From contig MU063832.1 of NCBI GenBank assembly GCA_013265495.1, forward strand, positions 1,142,192-1,206,191: 64,000 bases of DNA. Direction: 5' to 3'. How positions within the stretch are numbered: the stretch's first letter is position 1; each line of letters opens with the position of its first letter. The stretch comes from Vicugna vicugna. Taxonomy: Eukaryota. Under the pieces are notes generated by a model that did not search any database, was not told the DNA's origin, and worked only from the letters and a program-made list of their open reading frames with translations. The position numbers and the translations under genes were made by a program. Shown here piece by piece: positions 11,001 through 23,068 of this stretch.

Positions 11001-14000
11001 GGAAGGAAGATGCTTCCTTCTTGAAGCTTCTAAGCCGCTTACTGCTCCGTGTGACCTGCAGCACTGGGCTGTGTGCTCAGAGGTGAGGCTTTTGCCTGGG
11101 ATGTTGTCCACGAGCGCACTTGTCCCCAGGAGCCATCTGATGCTTCTTCCCCCAGGTTTGGGAAGCTAGGATATTTCGACCTGCCAGCTGTGGTCTGAGT
11201 GGATGGAGGAGGGAGGGTGGTTGTGATGGTTTTGACACCTGTGGAAGCTCCCAGATGCTCTGCTTAGCCTGCTACCCTCCTCCAGGGCCCTGCCACGTAT
11301 GTGCATGTCTCTGGCCTCCCCACTACTTGGGTCCCCCCACACACAACCCCTTGCCCACCCCACCCTCGTTCTCAATCTCCACTCCCCTTTCTCTTTCGAG
11401 AGGATCCCCATGTGTTGTTGAAAACATACCTTTGATTTTAGCCCTCAGGTAGATTGACGTTAAAGAACTTGAATAAGGTTGAAAATGTAGCTGTTGCCAC
11501 CCAGAGCTGATCAAGCCATCTTTCCACATCTCCCACATCCGTCTGGGGACATCTGATGTCTGTCCGCATGTGTTTGTGCCGCCGACTTTAACCATCCTCT
11601 CAGCCCTGCCTGTAACAGGAACTTCCTTTCAAGATAAATTTAAACAGAAAGTCCACGATGCTATTCAAATCTCATCCAGAATTGCATCTATTTTTGAGAA
11701 GTTTTTTCTTAGCTCTGTTTAGTGATCTTTTCATGATGCCAAACGGCTGTCAGAAATCATATGGCAGGCAGAGCGTCCCACAGACGTACCAGTCAGTTGC
11801 CTTTAAGTCACCCTGTTGTTAATCCTCCAGAGTTTTAAGGGTTTTGTTGAGCTGGGAGGATGGGGAGATGTCTCGGCACCTTTGGTCCAGGCAAATCGGA
11901 CCTGGAAAGACATTTATGAGCGTGTGAGGCCCAGGTCAGTGCTGAGGCTTCCACTTCTAATCTCGCCGTGGGGTTGGCTCCGGTTCCCTCCCTCGACCCC
12001 AGTAAATCAATAGCATGTGAATTAGAGCAGAAGTCAACAGACAGTGAGCTGATGGGGGCTCCTCCCTCTGCCTTGTGAGGACACCCCTGTCCCAGGGGCC
12101 TGGACGCACCCCCTTTCCTGCCGTGTCTCGACTTTCAGTTTCTGGTTTGACAGAACCTTTGACTGAGCAGGGAAAGGGCTTTTGGAGTAGACCAGGGAAC
12201 AATCTAGAACGTTCACATTTTTCTTCTCTTAACTACCTCTTTTATCCACCCACCCATCACTGGCTGGCTGTCACCTGTGCAGATATTTCTCGTAAAAAGC
12301 ATCTCAAGCAATTAGCAAGTAAGTAGGTAGTGTCCGTGATGGGGTTGGGACGCTGATGTGCTTGGAGTGTATTTAGTGTAATTTGCTTGGGACACAAAGG
12401 AACATACACAGCACTGAAATCACGGGGCTGGGCCCAGCAGCTTCTTGGGTGACAACCTCTAAATGAAAGACCATAACATTTAGTTAAATAAGCACCGTTA
12501 AGTTGAGAAGGTGAGTGTTAATGAGGTTTTATCTCCTTGATGTTAACTCCTGGGACACAGACATTCCTTTGACCATTTTCATAAACATAGTTGGGAACAA
12601 AATACACTGGCCATTTTGAATTTATTTGACACAATCGTGTTTTTCATGAACTGTGAATAACTTTTATACTGCGGAGTTGATACGTGTGTGCACGCACTTT
12701 AAAAGCCTCAAAACACAAAAGCCTTGCTGTTCACTGGACAGCTGACATCTGCTGCTCATTTCCGAGTGATTAACTCATCCACGGTGACTTCTCACCCCCC
12801 TGGAGAAACCAGACGGCGTCACGGCTACCAAGACGGCAGTGGTCCTCCCAGATTCTAGGAAACAACTCTCCAGTCAATGCTAGATATTCTGCATATTCCA
12901 GAAGGGGTTTCCAAAAAGGTCTTCTGACACTTGTGTCCCTAGACAGCCATTAGAAGCAACTAAAAATATCCGGCAGGACCTCCACCTGTCACGCCATCAT
13001 CTCTGCTGTTCCTGAGATCCCACAGATGGATGCACAGCAGTAGTTCTGCACAGAGCTGCCAGACGGGGCAGCCAGACGAGGCGGGGAGAGGAGCCGTGCT
13101 GTCCCGGGTCTTGGGGACAGGTGCTCCTCTCCGAGCCCCCAGCTCTCAGGGAGCCATTCGCCGACAGCTCTGCAGGGTGGTTCCTCGGCCAGGGAGAGGC
13201 AGCTGCAGGCAGAAGGCCCACCCTCACCATCCATGGCTTCTGCATCTCCTTTTTGGTTAGTGAGCATTCTTTTTTGTACACGCCCTTCCTTCTTAGGCTA
13301 GAGGTCACTTGTCCCTGCTGGGTCTTTTTTCTCTTCCCACCTCAAGGCCTGGAAACCAAATGGACTTCGTCCAGCTCTTCCTTTGGGGTCACTGTGTTTT
13401 TGAACCTGATTATTTTGAAAAGAGAAAGGAAAGCGAAATTGAATCAGGGCCTTCATCTTGCTGTCTCCCAAACTGTTTGATTTACAACCCGAACACGGAG
13501 CTGGCAGATTCCCTCTGCTTGTTCCAAGTCAACAAATGAACCCGGAGCCTGCAGTGAGCATTCCTCCCTCAGAACGGTGGTGTGCTCTGGAGCTCTGAAG
13601 GGCAACCGCTTTACCCTGAACGTCCTGTGGGGAGAAACACGTGCTGTTTCCTATTCTAATGCTAATCATCTATCTTTGGGAGTTGGAAGTCATATCAACT
13701 GCTTCCAACTGCCTGTTAATAATTTTCACACTCAGTCTACTTGGCTTTTTTCTAAGAGATCCGCTCTCTCTACCTTCATGAATTTGAAGGAATAGTTGAC
13801 TCAAGTCCAGTGAGGCTCCAGGTACCATGCTAGGTCTTTTTGAATAGGATAGACACATAACCCAATCCCCCTCTGCTTTTCCCTCCCCACATTTGGAGCC
13901 AGTCAAGTCAGGCAGTTGTATTACTGATAAAATACGTCAGAGAATGTGTTTTCAGTCTGTTGGCCACCACGTCCCTAGGTTAGATACATTTTCCCTGCCA

Positions 14001-14906
14001 TGCACAGTGTGACTGCTGAACACCTACAGGCTGGCCCCTCAAACACAGGCTTGGAATGCGTACTGGACTGTCACTGCGGAGGGAGGATGGAGGATGGAGG
14101 AAGGAGGAAGGGGCCAGGCTGAGTGAGTTCAGCTCCTCCCCAACTTGACAATCAGGTACCACTTTGCCTCCCACCTGGGGTGGAGTGTGTGAAGGCATGA
14201 AGAGGCTGGAGTGTGACTCTGTGTCACCAATGGGGAATAAGGCTTTGTCCACATCCAGGTGCCCCTAACTCAGAAGAGCCAGGATTTCCACCCAAGGCTC
14301 TGGGCCCCAGGTCCGGGGTTCATTTCCCCATACCCATCCTGCTGTTCTGACAGGCAACAGCAGGAGTTCTTTAGCAAGAAATAAAATTCTACACAAACTT
14401 TGAAAGTATTCCATACTTTCAAAATAAAGAGAAATAGATCCATATACCTTTTAGAACACAATTTCTGACTTATCAACTTGATCTGATTTATTGGTTTATA
14501 AGAAGTATGTGAACATTTTCAAATCATATGCCTCTGACTGGAAAGAGTTCAGAGCCACTGGTTGGAAAAAGTTAGGTGGATAGCTCTTTGTTTCTTGATC
14601 TATTGTATGGGCTACGGGAAGTCCCATGGTTACTAGAGTGATGACACCTTTTGTCAGATGGAACAAAACATTGAACAAATTTTTTTTCAGTAGTGGGATT
14701 GGATTTCCACCCATCCGAGGTCATAATTAATCTGGATTTGTGACATGGGTCTCAGCAGGTAGAATTCACCATTGAAAGTCCAAAGCTAAGACAGCTGGTG
14801 AGGTCCACCCACAGACAGAACGTTCCACCTTGGGCTACTGACATCATCCTGTGGGTAAACAGAAAGCAGTGAGCTCTTGATTGTTGTCTAATGCAGCTCA
14901 TTTCAG

Positions 14907-15083
14907 NNNNNNNNNNNNNNNNNNNNNNNNNNNNNNNNNNNNNNNNNNNNNNNNNNNNNNNNNNNNNNNNNNNNNNNNNNNNNNNNNNNNNNNNNNNNNN
15001 NNNNNNNNNNNNNNNNNNNNNNNNNNNNNNNNNNNNNNNNNNNNNNNNNNNNNNNNNNNNNNNNNNNNNNNNNNNNNNNNNNN
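14907..15083. other. Assembly gap (177 N)
   Basis: Run of N. Confidence 1.
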
Positions 15084-15125
15084 TTGTCACTATATACAGA
15101 TGACATGATACTTATATAGAATCCC
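15084..15125 (+). mobile_element. Short internal L1 ORF2 fragment (RT catalytic motif region)
   Basis: TTGTCACTATATACAGATGACATGATAC = LSLYTDDMIL, similar to L1 RT LSL(F/Y)ADDMILY; abuts the gap. Confidence 0.7.
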
Positions 15126-16532
15126 ATGAATTGGACAACATCACCTTAAATCCATGGGCACTCTTAAATAGAACAGGGAAACTGAGTCATGAATGATGCT
15201 AGAGATTTGGGCTCTCAGCCTAGCTGCAAAGAGGCTGGAGGGCATCTTGAGGGCCAGCCCATCACTCCCCACCAATACCCAGGATTTCAAACACACACCT
15301 TTGGTTCTTGAAACTAGTCCTCACATCTTTGGCTCATAACTCATATGGTCCCTCACTTGGAGGCCCTACCTTCTCCCCATCCTGTAGTGGCATCTCATTC
15401 CCTTCAAGTGGTCTTTTGTGATTGCACAGCTCTCCCTGGCCACTATCTTCTCAGAGTTTCTGCAAAACCTGTGTCCCATATAGCAATCCAGCACACCTTC
15501 TCTCTAAATTCATGGTAAATTTATTGAAAGCAACAATTATGATTCTTATCCATTGCAGAATTTTTGAGCAAGAAGGAATCTTAAAGTCAAGACTAAAGGA
15601 CAAATGTAGAAATGCTATGGAAATGTAAAGACCAAAACAAGGTCACATAAAAAGGGTGACAAATAAAGCAGACGGTTCCCACAGATCAGGGTCACAAAAT
15701 GTGCTCTTTTTGTAGTGAACCATGTTGGTTAAACCTCACTCTTCATTTTACAATGTGAGGGAATCACTCTTGAACACCAAGTATATGGGCCATCCCCAGA
15801 AGACAGTCCTCCTCTGAAACAGTGAACGTGTGAAAACTGAACTGGAGCTCATGAAGAGACCAGAAGATTTTTTAAAAGTTATACAACTAGAAGAAAAGAC
15901 ACCAGTGGTGGCAGAATGACTGTTGGCATCTTAGAATCAGGGTTCTCGACGCCGCCAGGCCTAATAGCAAGATTGTTCCTTGATTTTTGTGGGAAGGATA
16001 GGGAGACAAACTAATCTGAAACCTGTATGAAAGTGGAAAACAGAACGAACACGGTTCAGGTAACTATAATGATTTCCAGAGTGCAGATAATTGCTATATT
16101 TGACAGTGTTAATTTAACTCACCCTCCCACCTCACGAACGATAGACACTTCCAGAGTCTTTAAATCTTCATTGCTCATTTGCATGTTTTCTTTCTTATGG
16201 TTTAAATGCCCGTATTTCTGTTCTGATTCATGACTGACCAGTGTTAGGGCTGATAGGTGAAAGTTTCATTTCATCCCCATGTACAATCACGGATTGAGTT
16301 ACATAAACACAGATTTGATGGCTTAGAAAATAGGCATTTAGGCTTTAACTATTAAATAAAACTTCTCCCAGCTGTCTGTAGGTCCTGTATCCTGGGGTGT
16401 ACAAGGAACTCTGCTACATCTGTTGAGTAGAGCAGGACACCCATAAGTAGTATGTTTATCTTGAAATCTGTTTGTGGTCATGTAGAGTGTTGTCTCAAAA
16501 TCTTTTCTTGAATCATTTAGTGGGATCCACAT

Positions 16533-16538
16533 GAATAT

Positions 16539-16572
<34 letters not shown>

Positions 16573-16575
16573 ATA
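16533..16575. repeat. (AT)n/(ATAC) microsatellite
   Basis: Direct reading. Confidence 0.9.
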
Positions 16576-16660
16576 CAGAAAATGTGATATGAGTTACTTT
16601 TTACAGGAAGTAAAATCCTCAGGAAGTAACTGCTTAACATTTTTAAAAAATTTGTATTAC

Positions 16661-17870
16661 TTTTTAAAATTGAAGTCTAGTCAGTTTACAATGTTGTGTC
16701 AATTTCTGGTGTACAGCATAATGTTTCAGTCATACATATACATACATATATTCATTTTCACACTCTTTTTCATTATAGGTTACTACAAGATATTGAATAT
16801 AGTTCCCTGTGATTTACAATAGAAACTTGTTGTTTATCTGTTTTAAACAACAAGTATAGTAGTCAGTACCTGCAAATCTTGAACTCCCAATTTATCCCTT
16901 CCCATCTCCTTCCCGCTCTGGTAACCATAAGTTTGTTTTCTGTGTCTGCAAGTCTGTTTCCATTTTGTAAATACGTTCATTTGTCTTTTGTTTAGATTCC
17001 ACATATAAGTGATGTCATATAGTATTTTTCTTTCCCTTTCTGGCTTACTTCACTTAGAATGAATCTCCAGGTCTATCCATGTTGCTGCAAATGGCACTGT
17101 TTTATTCCTTTATGGCAGAGTAGTGTTCCATTGTATATGAACACCACAGCTTCTTTATTCAGTCATCTGTCAGTGGACATTTGGGTTGTTTCTATGTCTT
17201 AGCTATTGTAAACAGTGCTGCTATGAATGTTGGGGTGCATGTATCTTTCCCAGTTAAATTTCCCTCTGGATGTATGCCCAGGAGTGGGATTGCTGGGTCA
17301 TAAGGTAAGTCTGTTTTTAGTCTTTTGACAACTCCCTATACCATTTTCCATAATGGCTGCACTAAAGTGCATTCCCACCAGCAGTGTAGGAGGATTCCCT
17401 TTTCTCCACACCCTCTCCAGCATTTATTGTTCATGGACTTTTGAATGATGGCCATTCTGACTGGTGTGAGGTGATACCTCATGCAGTTTTGATTCACACT
17501 GCTCTGATACTTAGTGATAGTGAGCATTTTTTCATGTGCCTAGTGGCCATTTGTAGGTCTTCATTGGAGAATTGCTTGTTTAGGTCTCTGCCCATTTTTA
17601 GATTGGGTTGCTTGGTTTTTTTTTTTATTAAATTGTATGAGCTGTTTATATATTCTGGAGATCAAGCCTTTGTCAGTTTCATCTTTTGCAAATATTTTCT
17701 CCCATTTCTCCTATAGGTTGTCTTTTCATTTTGCTTATGGTTTCTTTTGTTGTGCAAAGCTTATAAGTTTAATTAGGTCCCATTTGTTTATTTTTGCTTT
17801 TATTTCTATTGCCTGGGTAGACTGCCCTAGGGGAACATTGCTATGATTTATGTCAGATAATGTTTTGCCT
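16661..17870 (-). mobile_element. 5'-truncated camelid L1 (3' UTR plus ORF2 C-terminus)
   Basis: Same L1 3' end as at 4850; the minus-strand ORF 17336-17527 gives [38 protein letters not shown], the L1 ORF2 C-terminal Cys-rich region. Confidence 0.92.
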
Positions 17871-18053
17871 CAAAATGGCTTAAAGACTGAAACATAAAAC
17901 AAGACACTGCTTAGCATTTGGTGGAGGCAGTGGGAAGACGATGGGGAGGGCACTTGAAGGGTCTGCTCGGGTCTGAACCATTGTCTGACCTCGGACAAGC
18001 TATGTGCTTCATCTGTAATGACTTTGAAAGTTTCTCCAGTTCTGGAAAACTCT

Positions 18054-18330
18054 GTTTTTTTGGCATTATTTTTTTCTTTTCTTCTAAATTGCAGTATAGT
18101 TGATTTCCAATATTATATAAGTTGCAGATGTACAATATAGTGATTCACAATTATAAAGGTTATATCCATTTATAGTTGTTATAAAATACTGGCTATATTC
18201 TCTGTGTTTGCAGTACATCCTTGTAGCTTATTTTGTACCTAGCAGTTTGTATCTCTTAATCTCTTATTCCTGTGTTACCCCTCCCCTATTCCCTCTCCTC
18301 TGGTAACCACCAGTTTGTTCTCCATATCTG
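18054..18330 (-). mobile_element. Artiodactyl-type L1 3' end fragment
   Basis: GCAGTATAGTTGATTTCCAATATT...ATACTGGCTATATTC...CTGGTAACCACCAGTTTGTTCTCCATATCTG; probable TSD GAAAACTCT at 18045-18053 and 18335-18343. Confidence 0.8.
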
Positions 18331-18500
18331 GAAAGAAAACTCTACTTTACCTCTGTGTTTTGCAGTACATCCTTGTAGCTTATTTTGTACTTAGCAGTTT
18401 GTATCTCTTAATCTCTTACTCCTGTGTTACCCCTCCCCTATTCCCTCTCCTCTGGTAACCACCAGTTTGTTCTCCATATCTGGAAAGAAAACTCTACTTT
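18200..18500. repeat. Tandem duplication, 149/150 bp units with 'AC' spacer
   Basis: 18200-18348 versus 18351-18500; 3 differences. Confidence 0.95.
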
Positions 18501-21500
18501 TGTAAAATAGGAGATTAGCTCTTCCTCCTTCTTATGGTTAACAAGAAGGTAAGGAGATAAAAACACTTCTGCAGATAGGGACCAGAAAAGAATGCATATT
18601 TGGAAAACCCTGGAAGTCTGCACCATCCAGTCTGGAATCAGTGGCATCTTCTTTTAAAATACATTTTGAATTAGGTTTCATATCATTCGATCAGAGGAGC
18701 CTCTTCTTTTTTCTTTTTCCTCCAGTTTGTGACCTTCATTAACAGTGAGCTGTCATAGTCTTCCTGTGGCAACATTGTTACAAAAGAATTCAATTTCTAA
18801 GGTATTAGAATAAGTGAGAGCTTTTCTTAGCAACACCTGAGAAGTGACTCTATTTTTCATCCTGCAGGAAGATGGATTTGACAGCTAATGGATCTGTTTT
18901 GTTCTAAAACTACCATCTGTTCCAAGGCACTTCTAAAGGTTTCTATCATCACCATTATGTGTGAGATGTATAAATACATATTCATAATTATTCATTTCTA
19001 AGAAAAAGGTAAAAACAATTAAACTTGGGCTTTAAAGATACAATATTTATACACATGCAACTCAATTTAAATTGCAGCAAATAAAGAAATTGGATATGCC
19101 CGCAGACCCTCTAGTTATGTACACATTTGACTGATATCTATGCAAACTAAAGGAACATCTCATTGCACCAGAACTGCCGGCAATGCGGGGGGTAACGGTG
19201 CTACACGCAGCTTCTGCTGATTCCAGGAGCGGCCCTGAAGCAGCTGTGTGTGACATCCTAGGGGGGGTGTCTCACTGACACTGGTTTCTCTACTAGTCAG
19301 GGCCATGCTGGCACTGAGGTCGGACATGCTGGCATTTGAATTCCAGGTTCAGAGTCAACTCCATGCCTTAACTTACTGAACTTGTTTGTTCAACCCTTTC
19401 TTCAATTCCATGATCCAATTAAAGCTCCCTGTAAGATCAAACTAGTTCTAACTGAGTTTTTGTCATTTTGGCTCCCCTCCCCCACAATCCTGACAGATAA
19501 AATATCAAAATATAGTGGCCTTTTGTTCTAGCCCTTTATTCCTTATTCTCTAGCTAACCTGGTTAACCAGTCCATGGTATGAGTTCTCTAGGTGCCAATA
19601 ATGTCTTGTCCCTCCCAGGTAACATAGATGCCTCTTAAACTTCACCTTGGGAGGCATTTGCCTTTACCTGGGGCTCCATGGGGGGCCGGCAGGAAAGAGA
19701 TTCAGGCCAGAGTAAAGATGTGTTCTATTGTCCTTCAGTGAATTTGGAATACAAGCATTACCTGGTATAACTCTACAGTAGGGCTGCCCTGTGAAAACAA
19801 AATTTGTTTTCCTCTTTCAACAAACCAAGAGCAAATCTTGGTAGACTCCTGGCCCCACACAGGAGAGGAGCTTATGGAACCAGCTGGACCAGGGGCATCA
19901 TGGACCAGGAGACTCAGGCTGAGCCTTCCAGGGGACAGTTCAAGGAAGGCATCGGTGTATCAAGCCGACGGCATGATGCTCAGGGACTGCTGCTGGACCT
20001 GGAATTGCACAGGGCCCTCGGGGTGATGATGATGCGGAGCCATCCAGAGGAGGTGAGGACCATAGACAGGCTGGGAGGCGGAGTAGTCAGAGGTGGGCCA
20101 TCCTACAGTGTGGGAGTGGGTTGATAATCCGTGAAGCATGTGATTAGGAACCTAGATGTGGGAAGCGTGCGACGTAGGATTTGAATTTAACAGAGGCTGT
20201 ACCATTGGTTTGTAGACAGAGGCGTCAGGTGGTCCACATGAGATTTCTGTGGCTTGGGCTCCGGCTCTGTGTGGGGAAATCTGAGGGAGGACGTGAAGAC
20301 CAACAACAGAGTCCCAGATGGACACTTGCCAATTTGCCGGAGTATATTGGAAGGGATGGGTGGAAAGGCTACTAAGACAGGACTCAACGATGACTTACTG
20401 CTGGGGGGAGGGGAGAGGAGGGAGGGACTAAGGTGACTCTGCCCTCAGTGCAGCTGTTTGCAGGTGGGAAGGAGGGGAGGGGACAGGAGGAAACAACAGG
20501 GAATCTTTAGGAAGAAAGATGCAAGTGAGGCTCTGAAACTTGGTGGTTCTTCTAAGATGAGAATTCCAAAAAGAGAAAGGAATTTTTTTCACTCAATAAC
20601 TATTAAATCAGACTACTGGACAGTAGGAGAGTTAATTCCGCCTGGACTCACTCTGGGCGCCATGTAAACTACTCGGCTCAGGCAGCTCATTGAGGAAGTC
20701 CTCTTACAGATTTCTTTTCTGCCAAGAGATTTATAAGAACATTCTTTTCTACTCTTATTCTCTTTTTGGCATGGAGCAGTTGTTTCAAAAATTAAATAAA
20801 CAATGACTAATAATAGGAATAATTGTGCAAGTAAGACCTGAGCCTTGCACACGTCTTGCAAAAACTTGTACAAATGAAAAAAATAGGGTTTAAAAAAATA
20901 ACATTGTCATAATCTGCAGAAACTATTCTAAGCAGGGGAGACAAATGTGGAATCCTAGTGTCTGGTTTCCCTAAGTGCAGAGGTAGGTAGGAATGAATTA
21001 GATCAGCCAACCATGGGTGCAATTCAAGGTCTCCAGCTCCTGAAGCTCTCTTGCCCGCTACATCCTAGGATCCGAATCGGAGTGGCCATGTTGTGTATCA
21101 TGTGACCGAGCGCCCCAGTCACAGCTGCTTGGAGCCTGGTCAGTGAACTGACAGAAGGCCAGCCAGTCCATGGCCAGGTGGCCAGATATCCTGGAAGAGG
21201 TTTGGCAGGAAAAAAAAAAAAGCTTTGCCCAGAGATAATGGTGATTAAGAACACTAATTAGTGATGATTAAGTACACTAGTCAGTTTCTGTCTCTTGGAA
21301 ATGTTGCTCCCTAGACCCTCACAGAGCCCGTCTAGAGCAGTACCACCTCCCTCACTCAGAAGCTCATTGTACTCTCTGCACTCTGCTGCCAGCTAGCCAG
21401 CGGCTCCTGCAGTCCCTCCTCTTCCTGACCTACCGACAAAGTAAGGCAGGTCCCTAGACCAGCACCCCAGCAGAGGTGAGTTTCCTTGGTGCTGAGTGGA

Positions 21501-22354
21501 ATAGCCTCCCCAGGGTCTGACAGCTAGAGCCAGAGTCAGATCTGTGGAGCCCTTACCTCCATCTCCTCTACATCAAATAAACTTTCCTGCTCCAAGGGCG
21601 TACAAAAGAGGATGACTGTGACACCCGACCATCCATCACCAAGGTGTGTTTAAAACACTGGCCGCACCCCCTTCCCTCCTGAATGTTGCCGAATCCCGAT
21701 AGCTGGGCCACCATCCTTCCAGGCGTCATCAAGAAGAAATGCCTGCGGCAGAACTGACATGTCTAGTTCTGAAGAGGAACGCACTACCTCCTGTGGACTT
21801 TTCATGGAGTAGCATGAAAAGGGCCTGCTGCCAGCCAGTCATTAGAGAAGTGACTTCTCTGATTGGTTGTTCCAGATCCAGCTCGTTCCCAGGCATCACA
21901 ACCATCATTTACTGGTCTTGCCTTTGGGTTAGAGCAATCCACTCTTCCCTCCAAAGCATCAGGCTCTGTGTTGCTCACCTTTGTCTGGCGTTTCTGCCAT
22001 TACAGCATCCATTTCAACCATCTTCACAGGCTTGATGGAGGAAGTGCATTAAACAGTGGATCTCTAATGCTGATGCATTAAAAGAAAAAAAAAGAAAGAA
22101 AGAAAGAAACCCTCATCTGGCCCACTGGGAGCCTAGAGTGCCTTCCCGACCAGACATTTGACATCCTACAATTGCCATCAGTCCCTGTGTGTTACATGGT
22201 TGTGACAGTTACAAGGTGAAGTCCCTGCAGAGCATCTCTGAGATTTGTCAGGGAATAAGGTTCACACACACCCAGTTTGGTTGACCAGGGTGAGCTACTG
22301 GAATTTCAGAGGATAAGCTGTACCTGTCCTTCGTGACTAAATTATGAAGAGCAT

Positions 22355-23068
22355 GGAAAGCAAATCAAAACCACCATGAAGTACCACATAACACCCGTTA
22401 GGATGGTTATTTTAAGAGAAAATAAAAAAATAACAGGTGTTGGCAAGGATGTGCAGAAAGTAGAACCATCACGCATTGCCAGTGGGATGTAAAGTGGTGC
22501 AGCCAGTGTAGAAAAGAGTTTGGCAGTGCCTCAAAAAGTTAAACATAGAGTTACCATATGATCTGTAATTCCACTCAGAGGAACATACTCAAAAGAATTG
22601 AAAGCAAGGACTCAAACAGATATTTCTGCACCAGCATTCATAGCAGCATTATTCACAGTTGCCAAAAGGTGGAAACAACCCAAGCATGGATTGACAGACA
22701 GATAGATAAACAAAGATGTGATGTGATATATACACGCAGTGGAATATTACTCAGCCATGAAAAGGAAGGGCATTCTGATACACAGATGAACTTTGAGGAT
22801 GTTAATACTAAGTGAAATAAGTCAGACACAAAATGAAAAGTAGTGTATTATTCTACTCTCTGAGGCATTTATAGAGAGAAAATAGAATAGAGGTTACCAG
22901 GGGCTGAAGAGAGGGGGGGATGGGGACTTACTGTTTTAGGATAGAATTTCTGTTAGAGAAGATGGAAGAGTTCTGGAAATGGATAGCGGTGGTGTTTGTA
23001 CAACATTGTGGATGTACTTAGTGCCACAGAATAGAACACTTAAAAATCGTTCAAATGGTTAAAAAAAA
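22355..23068 (+). mobile_element. Older L1 (L1MB-like) 3' segment
   Basis: AAATCAAAACCACCATGAAGTACCAC...CATAGCAGCATTATTCACAGTTGCCAAAAGGTGGAAACAACCCAAG...GGTTACCAGGGGCTG...poly-A. Confidence 0.85.

Noticed and set aside
16177-16184. Octamer ATTTGCAT as a SOX-OCT composite
   Set aside because: Orientation and spacing of the nearby CATTG do not fit the composite; other octamers here (249-256, inside a MIR) look like chance matches.
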